From: Phyllosticta citribraziliensis
Lineage: Eukaryota
DNA: 64,000 bases
Assembly (NCBI RefSeq): GCF_038025025.1
Contig: NW_027117351.1
Location: 434,001-498,000 of the forward strand
Reading direction: 5' to 3'
The notes beneath the pieces are model-generated. The model worked only from the letters and a program-made list of their open reading frames with translations. It did not search any database and was not told where the DNA came from. Both the position numbers and the translations under genes were made by a program. This document shows, in pieces, positions 10,981-22,073 of this stretch (position 1 is the stretch's first letter; each line of letters opens with the position of its first letter).

Positions 10981-11721
10981 CGTGGCCTACCATTTCAGCC
11001 GCCCAGTCAGTTAGTTGGTCGGGCTTCTTCCTTCTCTTACGTTGAATTGAAGGAAGCGTTGAAGATGGATAGCGAAAGGTCAGTCAACTCACCTGCCTCG
11101 ACACTTGATGAGTACAAGACTAACTGGCCCTCAGGTTTTACGAGAGTTGCTGCGCGTGTTTGCCTGCCAACGCTCAGCCGTTTGAGGTCCCCATCGGTCG
11201 GGTGGGCTTCTTCCTTCTCTTACGTGAATTGAAGGAAGACTTGAAGATGACGTCGCCAAAGGTCAGTCAACTCACCTGTCTCCACGCTCAATGAGTACAA
11301 GACTAACTGGCCCCCAGGTTCTATGAGCATTGCTGCGCCTGTTTGCCTGCCGACATTGAGCGTCGCGTACCGTCTGGGCCATTCAGTCACTCGGGCTTCT
11401 TCCTTCTTTTACGTTGAACTGAAGGGAGTTGAATACAGCCTAGCGAAAGGTCAGTCAGCCCATGCGCCTCCTCACTTGATGAGACAAGACTGACTGGCCT
11501 TCAGGTTCCATGAGCATTGCTGTACCCGTTTTCCCTGGCGACATCAAGCGTCGCGTACCGTCACCTACAGTGTGGACCACTCAGCCCGCCCCTCAAACAG
11601 CCAGGCCTCTTCCTTCTTTTACGTTGAACTGAAGGAAGACTCAAAGACAGCACAGCGACAGGTCAGCCCGCTCACCCTTCTCCCCACTCATTGCATACAA
11701 TACTGACTGTCCTTCAGGTTT
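10942..11721 (+). repeat. Tandem repeat, 4 diverged units of ~183-212 bp, each containing a 55-56 nt intron-like segment
   Basis: Units start ~10942, 11139, 11322, 11509. Shared blocks: YAYGAGCATTGCTG, GGCTTCTTCCTTCTYTTACGT, AAGGTCAG, ACTRACTG..CAGGTT. Confidence 0.9.
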
Positions 11722-12611
11722 TCAGGTTTCAGATTTTCCGACGGTTGGATGGACGCACTTCAGGATCTCGATCGGCCAGAGTGTTTTCCCGCACACATAC
11801 CCGTCACTCCCCACGTCGGCATGAGACGCTTTGTCTTGCCTTCCCCTTACACCTTGCACTCTGTAGACCACGATACCCCACTCCCCTCTCGTAGCTAGCC
11901 GCACGTGTTAGCTTTGCACAATCCAGCTTTCAGGATGGTTCGTTTTCTTGTTGTTTGTGTTGGCGGGACGTACATCGCGAGCCTGCCTCCCCCATCGTCT
12001 ATGTGCAGTTTGTGCGTCCCATCTCTTTGTGTACCAGGTACACGATTTCGAGTGGTCTGGAGAAACCAATCTGCTTCGAAAATCAGCACTGCCTCATCTG
12101 CGTCTTCCTAACACGCGCAACCGCGACGCATTAGGCCCTTCAACCCACAGAATCTGCCTCCATGGCTGTGTCCTCGCTCCACTGGAGCCAGTTCCTCCCT
12201 CTCCCGCCATCGCCAATGCACCGCCGTCCATTGCAGAAGCCATAGTCACGCCCCTCACACCCAACCCCATGCCCACCGACACCGAATTCCGTTCCGTCCT
12301 ATGCCACCCAGCCCAGCCAACCCATGCATCCCAGCCACGCACTACAAGCAGTGCGACCAAAGAAAGAGGAGCCAACAGCGCCAGAGCGAGGGAAAAGGTA
12401 TCAGAGGAGCCATTGACCGCAAAAGGAAGCACCGCGTTGCTGTGTCTTCCATCTCGTCTCGTGTGTCGTGTCTACACCTCGCGCTCTTGCGGGACAGATA
12501 TGCTTGGACCTGGCTGGTGATGATTGGAGATCTGAGTATGTACGCATGTGTGTTCGGGAGGAAAAGGTGGGAAAGAGAGGGATAGATGGGGTGGATGGGA
12601 TAGGATAGGAA

Positions 12612-12688
12612 GTCGCAAGGAATAAGACTCCCTTGATCTGGCTGCGGCGGCAGTGGATGACTGCTTCCTAAGCGTGACTGTAGTAGCT
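12612..12688. mobile_element. Partial MITE family A fragment
   Basis: GTCGCAAGGAATAAGACTCCCTTGATCTGGCTGCGGC matches the reverse complement of ~50425-50460. GACTGCTTCCTAAGCGTG matches 1241-1258. Confidence 0.6.
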
Positions 12689-13059
12689 ACGAAGAAGACA
12701 GGCGGATTGCTAGTCTGGTCGGGGTGGATACACTTGGGCTGAAAGAAAGTTTATGCATACGTGTTGTGTAAGTGATGGCTGCGAGCACGTAGGGCACTGC
12801 GTTGTTGCGAGAAGCTTACGCAGAAAGAGATGATGGCTTTTGAAGAGCGAGGGATGAAAGATCGGAAAATGGGCAAGTCTGTTTAGCGTGCCTGTAAGTG
12901 TCTGAGGGAATTGCAAGGTCCAGCGGGATGAAGGAGACCGGACGCTTACCCAGCAAACGCATCATTGACCCTCAAGAACCGCGGGCAAAGAGTCTCTGCT
13001 CCAAGAGGGTTGGGCATATCCATTCGATTTTCCGAGCCACCACACCAACACCCGCCAAC

Positions 13060-13827
13060 CTACCACTCTCCCACCCTCTCAAACAAGCGGAACTCAAACT
13101 CGACCTCCTCGACCCCCTCTTCCGCCTTGACAACCTCCTTCACACACCCCTCGGGCACATCCTCCCCCACGAATGCGCTCAACTCATGATTGCTCTTCCT
13201 CGTCCACCCCTCGCCCTCGACGTTAACCGGGAAGAATGTGTCGCACTCCCAATCGCGCTGAATCCGCGTCAGGAGCACCGTCCGCGCATTCGGCGTCTCG
13301 AGCGCGGCCTTGTACAGCGCTGCACCGCCAATGACGAAGAGGCGCCCCAGACCGGCGAGCGGCTCGCCTCCCACGAGAGTCTGTTCCTGAGTATTGTGGT
13401 CCTCATCAGCCAGCCGATTCGATGATATGGCGTCAAGCTTCTCCAGCGCAGCAGGCAGAGACGAGGCAGTAATAACGGTATCGCCCTTTGCCGCGGCGTC
13501 GGCGACGCCAGCGATGGACGAGGCGGGCGAGCGCGATATGACGACGTTGAGCCTGTCCTTGAGCGGCCGGAAGCGCGGCGGGATCGAGTCCCAGGTCTTT
13601 CGGCCCATGACTACGGCGTTGCAGATGTGTGGAAGAGAAGAGGTCGTAGCAGAGGTGGGCGAGGGCACGCGCTTGGTGACGCGCGCGAAGTATGCCATTT
13701 CTTTCTTGAGCATTGGCCATGGCAGGCCGCCGCCTTTGCCGATGCCGAGGGACGGCGTTGTTGCGACGATGAGCGTCAGCGGGAGGCGCGAGGTCAGTGG
13801 CGGAGGCATGGTTGCGTCGTCGGGCAT
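13060..13827 (-). CDS. DFR1: Dihydrofolate reductase
   Basis: LIVA...GIGK.GGLPWP.LKKEMAYF.RVT, NAVVMGRKTWDSIP..FRPLKDRLNVVIS, FVIGGA.LY, CDTFFP. Intronless. Confidence 0.95.
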   Translation of the reverse strand: MPDDATMPPPLTSRLPLTLIVATTPSLGIGKGGGLPWPMLKKEMAYFARVTKRVPSPTSATTSSLPHICNAVVMGRKTWDSIPPRFRPLKDRLNVVISRSPASSIAGVADAAAKGDTVITASSLPAALEKLDAISSNRLADEDHNTQEQTLVGGEPLAGLGRLFVIGGAALYKAALETPNARTVLLTRIQRDWECDTFFPVNVEGEGWTRKSNHELSAFVGEDVPEGCVKEVVKAEEGVEEVEFEFRLFERVGEW

Positions 13828-13897
13828 TGTGGTTGTAAATTTGGCGGCGTCTTGGTCGTTGTGGTCGTGATGGCGGGGGAGAGCAAAAGTGCGGGAG

Positions 13898-13920
13898 ACG
13901 CGTTAATTGGCACGACGCGT
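13898..13920. promoter_or_regulatory. Two MCB boxes (ACGCGT) upstream of DHFR
   Basis: ACGCGT at 13898-13903 and 13915-13920, 70-95 bp upstream of the DHFR ATG. Confidence 0.6.
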
Positions 13921-14120
13921 CCGAGCCCGCTCGCAGGAAAAGTGGTTGCCGGTGCCATTGGAATCCGAATTTGCAAGCCCGTGGAAAAGATCTTGTCAAG
14001 CGCCATTCCATTTGTCTAAACACCTCGCCGTCATCAGCCTGTCGTGTGTGTGTCCCTGGGTATCATTTAGTTTCCGCGTCTCACAACGCCGCTCCCACCA
14101 GCCAGCCAGCCGGCCAGCGC

Positions 14121-14720
14121 CTAGAGCATCTCCTTAGCCAGCTGCTCCACCGCCGCCGCAATAGCGCGCGCATCATCTTCCACCTGCGATATCTCCTTCG
14201 CTTTGCCGTCCTTGTCGAGGGTATTGAGCTGGCCAAAAAGCCACAGCTCCTGCATTTGGCGCGTGAGGGTGAGGATGTCTTCGGTTGCGCGGATCTGAGA
14301 CTGCGTAAGCCGGTGCGCTCCAAGTATCTAGCTCATCCCTAGTCCCGATGACCGCTGCCATGTCTTTCGGAACATGGGGTCCTGGCATTCGAATGCCCAA
14401 GGCGGGCGGAAGGGCTCAATGTGCGTACCAAGGCGGCCGTCTCCACCTCCATTTGGAACTTTTTGCTCGCGGTTGTGTTGAAGTCTTTGGCATCGGGCTG
14501 TGCGATTGGGTCCGGTCAGCAGGTATATCGCGATCGAATTGCCGTGTCGGCATTGGGTGACAGTCGTACGGAAGCAAGAGCGACAATGTTCTCGAATCTC
14601 TTGACGAGCGCCGTGGCGAGCTTCATGACACGCTCTGGCTCGACGTTAGCATATGGAAACAATCTCGAGGGAGATGTTTCAACCTTGAAGAGCGGCGGCA
14701 TTACGTTGAGAAACCTCCAT
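14121..14720 (-). CDS. MED22: Mediator subunit Med22 (Srb6/Surf5 family)
   Basis: Four exons splice to MEVSQ..RVMKLATALVKRFENIVALAS/PDAKDFNTTASKKFQMEVETAAL/IRATEDILTLTRQMQELWLFGQL...KEML*. Not recovered by the ORF track. Confidence 0.8.
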
Positions 14721-15117
14721 TGTCAGTTGCAAAGTAATTGTGGAAGAGGATCCGCCAGAAGTCGCAAGTTGTAGAGCACTATCGATAAGCCGAGCTCAAC
14801 AGCTCCGTTTGACGGGGAAGGTTTCGCGAGCCAGCCGCAGCCTCATGCAAGTCATTGTGACGGGACCGTGCAGGTCTCGTCCCCGACATTTTCACATGCA
14901 GGTCACGGTACACAATCTGTTTTGAGAGGGAGATATTTGGACTACCGAGAAACTACTGGCGTAGGGATTCCACCGACAGCAGAAACATAAGGAGCGGAGT
15001 TGTGCAGGAGCAGAGAAAAGCCAACGACAGCACACCTAGCAATTTGGAATAAGAAACCACTTTTGAACCCATGATCATTCCCTCAAGCCACAGCTTGCAA
15101 AACGCATCAAAAGGCAA

Positions 15118-16426
15118 TCACTCATCGTCCGAGTCCTCATCGCTCTCGGCATTCTCAAGCCACTCGATGAACTGCTCAGCCGACTGGCGGACCTTCCTGC
15201 TGGTGGCCAGGTCGACGTACTTCTTGCTGGCCTTGCGGCCCCAAGCCTTGAGAGTCTCCTCCGCGATGAGGTCATTGTCATAGAGCTTCATGAGAATGGC
15301 CGAGACGGAGCGGATGAGGTTTGGCTTCTCAATGCCGACGAAGCGCTCGATGCCACCGAGGAAAGCCTTTTCGTGCTTGTCCGAGGTAATCATCTTCTTG
15401 AGCATGGCGGCACGTCCGTCAATCTGCTTGAGAATGTTGTCGTCAAAGATGGTCTGAGCCAAGACGGCGAGCGTCTTGTACTTGGTCTCAACGCCCAGTT
15501 CCTTGGCCTTTAGGTAAATCTCGACGTCCTCGAGCTTGGAGACGCCGCCCTTTTCTCCGGCCGTCTGCTGGATCCAGGTGCCCAGCTGGTCGTAGACGCT
15601 AGGGCCGTCTTCGCCCTCATCCTCACCCTCAATGACGAGAGCACGCTTGAGGTCATCAGGAAGGTCCTTGGCACGAGCCTTGACGGCCTCCTCGGAGGTG
15701 TCGACGGACCACTGAACCTCCTTGGGCTCAGCAGCTTCAATGTCCTTGGCCTCGGCCTTGATGCGTCGGGTGAGCTCATCATCGCTGCCGGCGTCAACCT
15801 CGTAGTCGCCGTTCTCGGGAGAATCGTCATTGCCGCTGTCTCCGTTGCTGCCGCTGTGATCCTCGCCGTCGCCGTTGCGTCCAGCTTCCTTCTTGGCCTT
15901 GCGTTCAGCCTTCTTGGTCGACTTGTCCTTCTTGCCCTTCTTGGGCTGGTTCTTCAAGATGAACGAACTGAGCTTGAGGGCGAGGTCAACGTCAGTGCGC
16001 TGACCGCAGGCCTTGCAATCGAGGATGATGCGGCCATCCTTGATGTTGACTTCGGTTTCCGGGTTCTTGCACTTCTTGCAAAGAACGAACCTCTGGATGA
16101 AACCGTCGAGATAGTCCTGGAGCTTGGAGGCTTCGTGGGCGCCGTTGATGATCCAGCGGTCGTCGCTGGGGTTGATGTTGGTCTGGGCACCGAGCTCGAA
16201 ACCGAAGTACTTGATGACATCTAGGGAAATGATCAGCTAGTGGTGGGTAGAGCAGAGGGGAAGACATACAGGCAGGGGGACGCGCTAGCTGCTGGGCGAC
16301 GTTGCTCAAGTTGACAATGACGGTCTTGATGCCGTTGCCCTTGCCCTCAATCTTGGACTGAAGGCGCTCCATCTTGTAGCGGTAGAAGGGGTCGGTGACA
16401 TCGCGACGGACGTTGAGGTTGGCCAT
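15118..16426 (-). CDS. TIF5: Translation initiation factor eIF5
   Basis: [30 protein letters not shown], intron ~16222-16269, [10 protein letters not shown], Zn ribbon CKKCKNPET...CKACG, and an acidic W2 domain ending [17 protein letters not shown]. Confidence 0.95.
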
Positions 16427-16452
16427 GATGACGGCGGGGTGTCGGAGACAAC

Positions 16453-16524
16453 TTAGCGGAAGTGGCGGGAGACGGGGTGAGTGGTGCGGGGATGGCGAGG
16501 CCTGGTGGAAGCCGACAAAGACAT
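16453..16524 (-). promoter_or_regulatory. eIF5 uORF2 (23 codons, poor AUG context)
   Basis: TGC-ATG-T start; [23 protein letters not shown]; stops 26 nt before the main ATC-ATG-G. Confidence 0.65.
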
Positions 16525-16603
16525 GCAGCGGACGCAAGTCTTTGGAGGGTAAAGTTTGGCGGTGATGGTCGGAATGGTGGCAGTTTGCTGTGGTTTCTGC
16601 GGG

Positions 16604-16711
16604 CTAGCCGTTGGTCGAGTGGAATTCGCTACACGGCTTTCGTATGTCGCGAAATGATTGCAGCTTGGGCGGAGGTTCCTGTCTGAAGGCGTTGTCACGG
16701 GGCGAATACAT
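16604..16711 (-). promoter_or_regulatory. eIF5 uORF1 (35 codons, poor AUG context)
   Basis: TAT-ATG-T start; MYSPRDNAFRQEPPPKLQSFRDIRKPCSEFHSTNG*. Confidence 0.6.
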
Positions 16712-17585
16712 ATACAGCCGCTGTGTCGAGATTTCTGGGCTGGTGGCTTTGTGGGGTCCCTCGGGCAGAAGTTGACGGACGGGAGCGGTTCAGAGGAGCG
16801 GTAACTCCTGGCGGGCGATTGTGGCGGTCGACGTTTGCTGTCCGAGTTTGATGTCGCAAGCCTTGACGAGGGCTAGAGACGGCGGCGTGCGAAGATGGTG
16901 GAGGCAGATGGGGTTGTGGCGAGGACGAGTGTGAGTTGTGGTTAAGTAGGTAAGAGAATTTGAGCGCCGGGCCCTCTTCCTTAATAATCTCAGCCGGGCG
17001 CCGAGCGGCCGAGTCGACGGGAACCCTCTCAGACCTCACCCGCCTGACACGCCCATCCTTTGACCACGGCCGGTTCTTTGACCACCCTGCCTCCACTTTT
17101 TATTTTTTCTTCTCCTCCTACTGAAAGCCCTATACAACAATTGCTCCGACTCAGGCGCCTCCTCCGCAAACCGGCCCCCTCTGAACAAGTTGCCTTTGTC
17201 CCATCGACCGATCCACTCGTCGCCGTACCAGTCAGCGCTAGCCTCCTACTCGACAACTGCACGTGGAAAGTTATGGGGTAGCTTCGCGCGCCGTTGCTGC
17301 ATCAAACGTCATACAACCACTTGCTCGCGGCTGGACGCGGTAGTCATGCAGTTTGAAAAGAGCTTAGGAGCAAACCAATCACGATGCATCTTTAGCACAC
17401 GCGGAATCCGCAAGAATTGCTTGTATTTTCTAGACTCTCGTTGATGCGACGGCATTGAACCACACAGTCAAGCCCAGCACCCCCGCATAACCCCTCTTTT
17501 CCTATTCCGAATTCTGAAGAATCGTGTACATCGTCAGCTTCTCCGCCACTCTCTCGGGCCCTGCATTGAACTAGGCGTGCTTCCG

Positions 17586-18191
17586 TCATCCAGCCGTCGG
17601 TAGGGCCGCAAGTCTTTCCAGCAGCTTGGCTGCAATCCAAGGATGGTACGTTGGCGGGGAGTTGTTGGGGGAGTGAACGCGGTTGGGGCTGGTATCCATG
17701 GTCGCTGAACTCTCGCCGTCGTCATCGGTCCACGTGAAGCTTGGAGTAGAGGGACGCGTCGAAGGCGCTGACTTGTCCTCGCAAAGCTCCTCGTCGTCTG
17801 CATCGTAGGGGTCGTCGTAGTCGACTTGGTTCTCCATGACGATGCACTCGGTCTCGATATCCGGAAACTCGTCTTCTGCAGTGAGCTCGCAAATGCGCTG
17901 AACGAGGCGGTTGTATTCTTCCATTGCAAGGGTCTGGCGGTGCTGCACCATGTCTTTATACTGCTTGAGCGCCAGCGTCAGCTCGGCGTCGTCGTCGCCT
18001 GCGACCTTGCCATGTTGGCCATCCCCCGGCGTGGTTTCCAGGACTGCGCCGGTCTGATCAGCCAGTGTCGTTGCGATGGAATGCTCCCAGAGCTTACCCT
18101 GACCGTCTTCAGGCTGGCTGACAACTGGCACAACACGCAACCGGATCCAGCGGCTCTGAAAGTCGTCCAGCGATTGGTAAAGGTGCTCCAT
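17586..18191 (-). CDS. Hypothetical acidic protein
   Basis: ORF from MEHLYQSLDDF (GCCATGG context) with coding-like codon use, a helical middle and an acidic D/E tract. No recognised family. Confidence 0.55.
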   Translation of the reverse strand: MEHLYQSLDDFQSRWIRLRVVPVVSQPEDGQGKLWEHSIATTLADQTGAVLETTPGDGQHGKVAGDDDAELTLALKQYKDMVQHRQTLAMEEYNRLVQRICELTAEDEFPDIETECIVMENQVDYDDPYDADDEELCEDKSAPSTRPSTPSFTWTDDDGESSATMDTSPNRVHSPNNSPPTYHPWIAAKLLERLAALPTAG

Positions 18192-19958
18192 GGCCAGCGA
18201 GGATGAAGTGGTGAGGATGCGAAGGGTGGGGCGCGCCGAACGGAGTTGAACGGCGGTACTGATTATAGAAGCGATGGGCGATATATGATGCCAATTCACA
18301 CTCGACACCGCAAAGTGAAGTAGTGTGACGGGCGTTACTCGTAAGCAATGTGAACTGTTGCGAAGGGAGACATTTGAAAGAGGCCGGCTAATTCAACAGT
18401 AGGATATCGCAGGCGCAGCTTCCTGTATATTCGAGTCCTGCTCAAAGGTCGAGACTTCCCTTCGCCTGTGGGGGCTTCCCTGCGCATGTCTTGCACTGTC
18501 GAATCGCGGTGTCTGAGTCGCTGACGCATTCTCTGCTTAAGTGTCTCAGACCTCCGTTAGGGACAAAGAGTGGTGTTTGTCAGGCAGAGCTTGGGCAGAA
18601 GCTTGTAAGAGCAGTTGTTTGAACCACAACATTGTCCTGTTGGGGTTATCGCTATGTTGTCGTTCCTGGATGCCGCCTGAGAGCAACCGTTGTCGGAATC
18701 GTGGGTCGCCTCGGCCATTAATGCATCATCTTGATTCAAAGGACTGCGGACAAGACTACGTATTATGGAAATGGAAGATGAAGGCATGGAAGGTTGTTTT
18801 GATTAGGTGTCGCGCCCATGGGCGGCCGAACGGACGTCCAGGTCACCTGGCTAACTACTTCTACTCTGCGGGCGCTCAGGCACTCAGGCTCGATTCCGCA
18901 ACACTACGGATATTTGCCGCGTCTTCTCCTCGCCGAGCGGTATTGCCGTCTTGCTCTGCGTATGTACTGGTCGGTCGTCTCCTCATCATCCAGTCCGTGG
19001 CTCGCTCCAACGGTCATTGCCCTGGAGCTACCATGGGACTCAACATTCAACGCCCGGTTATGAAAGTCATGGCACGCACGAAAATAAGAGCAGAGAAACG
19101 GTCTCGCCAACCAGGGAGCATTCATTCATTGCTCTCCGTAATGAAAAAAGAAAACCTAATGGGGAGCATCGACCGAGAGTTGGGGCAAACAAGAATGACA
19201 AAACAGTTCAGGCACGGCTAGGCCGTGCCCTACATCTGCGTCCGGCCCGAGGGTCGAACTCATAACCGCCAGCTTACCGGGTGCGCCTGGCAGAATCATT
19301 CACAGTCGAGGAGCGTCATACTGCGCCGCGGCGCCCCAACTCACTGGCGGTTATGGAGGAATGACCGCGTTTTTGACATATATACCAAGACTTTTGCTAC
19401 CAAGCGTAGGAAATGGTTTGAAACTGGAATACTAGATTCTGAGCCACCTGGTCATTGACCGGATGGTAATCTTCAGGAGCCATTCCATGGCTTTCAAACC
19501 GGTGCCGTCTGTTGGGGCAAAATGGGTGCCGAAAGAAACAAGACCTCCTGGCACTACGACTGCGGCTGCGGAGTATTCATTCAACAGCTATGCCTAAGGA
19601 GCACCGTATACTGCCATAGCCACGCTCAACAAGTTGCTGTTTATTACTACAGCCAGCCGCAGGAGTCTCGTCTCTTTCGACACCTACTGTGATGGCTGTC
19701 CATACCACCCTACTACAACAGAAAAAGCTATCTGAACATTGTTGAACTTGTACCATTGGTCCATTCCCCCAACATACACGCCGTCCCAAGGTCCCACGAT
19801 CTCACACCGTTCCACGATCTCGGTGTCGCAACGCAGTCAGTATTAATACCCAGACTCCGCTTCGCTCCGCTGGGGAAAATCCACTCCAAGGCAAAATGCT
19901 CCCGGCTCTCCTCCCTCTCCTCCCGCCCCACTTCAATAAGTACCACCGCAGAAGTACC

Positions 19959-20902
19959 ATGGCCTCCCCATCTTCCAGTGGAAAGGCGAATGCGTGAGTC
20001 TACTCAGTCAAGTAAGTGTGTGATGGCAAAGCTGACAAGAAGTAGCCAAACCCCGAGCGAGTCGTTGGACACCGAGAGCGCGTCTGTCCCCGCTTCTGAG
20101 AATGAGACTGTTGTCAAAGGTACCTCCAGGACTCCTGGCGTCGCTTTTTCATTTGCTGACGATCGACTATGAAGACGCGAGCAGCACGGCGCTTGGCTTG
20201 TTGGCCCTGCCCGCTGAGCTCAGGCAGAAAATCCTGGGCGAGGTGGTCAGCATTTGCAACATTGACGCCACGGCGGCCGAGGCCATGCTTCAGCTTCCAA
20301 GAGACCCAGTGGCGAAGCTCAAGGAGCTCAAGGAGCTCAAGAGAACCGACGTCATCTCCGACCAGGACAAGAAGGAGTACGCCCAGCTGCGTCCGCTTTT
20401 TGGCATTTGCTCGACCATTCGCGAAGACATGGGATTCGTTGAGAGAGAATGGCTGCGGAAACGCCCCATGAATCTCGCCGAATTTGAGCATTGGTTGGAC
20501 AATCCCACCGAAATCGACAGCATTTTCCTCTCCATCAACTCGGAGTCCTTCTTACGCTCTCCTCCGGCGGACTACGAGAATCTCGTGGAGCATCACAAGT
20601 TGGAGATTTCCTGTAAGCCGGTGGTCAGCCCACGACAAGTTGACCGGGCCTACTACAAGCGCTGGTCGGACGCGATCCGCCGCCTGCCTCTCCGCCGCTT
20701 CGGTCACATCGAGCTGTACGACTTGGACGAAGTACGTTGGAAGAATGTGAAGCAAGACGTCCGGGTGCGCTATTTCCAATCCGACGTTGCAGACCGTTTT
20801 CGAACGTATCTCCTGTTGAGGACCAGGTCCCGCAAGATCAGCTCGGTCGTTGTCGTCCGCGATCCCGGACAGAATAATCCATGCGGAGCACAATGCCAGT
20901 GA
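19959..20902 (+). CDS. Hypothetical protein with F-box-like N-terminal motif
   Basis: LLALPAELRQKIL motif in the long exon. Probable short 5' exons from ATG 19959, with introns near 19994-20045 and 20120-20174 (approximate). Confidence 0.6.
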
Positions 20903-21105
20903 CCATGCTGTTGAAGCACGATGCCCGTTCAAAAACGATGTTGGACTTGGAAACAACGTTGGCCCCCGCCTTGTTCGGCTTCGGCTCTGAACATATTTTG
21001 ATTTGAGGGATATTGAAAGCTGGAGAGACACTGGAGTAAAAAGAAGCAAGAAGGCGGTCTTTGGACATGAGTCCCAAAAGGTTGATTGGAACGGAGAACC
21101 TCTAC

Positions 21106-22073
21106 TCAATTGATCACATACCTGATCTCACGATTAGTTCTGTCCCGACTCTCAGCGTGAATCACTTACCCTCCGTCGACAGTCATGGCGTGACCCTGCA
21201 CAAAACTCGCCTTGGTCGAGCACAGAAACAGCGCTGCATCAGCCACCTCGTACGGCTGCCCCATCCGCTTCATAGGAGCAATGTTAGCAAACGGCAAAAT
21301 CGCTTGCTTATCCTCCTCCCTGGTCATGATGAATGGAGTTTCGATGACCCCAGGGCAGATGCAATTGACTCTGATTGCGTGGGCAGAGTAATCAATCGCA
21401 TCAGAGCGCGTCAGCCCTATGACAGCGGCTTTGGATGCGCAGTACGCCGCTAGAAGACTGTTAGCATCTAATTGGGGCATTCGATGGAGAGTGTGGTGCT
21501 CACCAGCGTTTGGCCGTCCCACAATGCCCAGCTGGCTAGCAATGTTGACAATCGCGCCTCGCTGCGCCGGCCTCAAGCCGTCGTGGCTAGCCAGCGGCTC
21601 CTGGTCCACCATCGTCTTGAGCTGGGCCCTGCTCGTCAGCCAGCAGCCGCGGTAGTTGACGGCATTGACGCGGTCGAATTCCTCAATCGACGTCGTGGTC
21701 GAGTCTTTGCCTGGTCCAAGTACACCCGCACAATTCACGCAGTAGTCGAGACGGCTGAATTTCTGCACAACTTGTGCGATGAAGTTGTCGACAAACTCTG
21801 ACGAGCTGATGTCGCCGGCCAGGGCGAAGACTTGGGACTTGGGAAACTTTTCCTCGACGGACTTTTTGGTGCTCTCCAGCGTTGTTGGGTTGATGTCGGT
21901 AATGGCGATCCTCGTGCAACCTGCTTCCGCGAAAGCGTGCGCGGTCGCGTTGCCAATGCCTTGTAGATCATGAGCAGCCGTCCATAGCAGAAAGAACACG
22001 GTAGTGACTTGCCAGATCCCGCTGCTCCCGTGACGAGAGCAACACCGGGGAAAAGAGTTTGTGATGCCGCCAT
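21106..22073 (-). CDS. Classical short-chain dehydrogenase/reductase
   Basis: TGAAGSGIG (across GC-AG intron 21960-22012), NCAG, IVNIAS, YCASK, IRVNCICPG, VDGG, and a last micro-exon YVIN*. Confidence 0.9.

Noticed and set aside
11948..12585. Possible fifth zinc-module paralog (THYKQC-like words)
   Set aside because: There is no WxCCxCG or HxRC in any frame, so the similarity is too weak.
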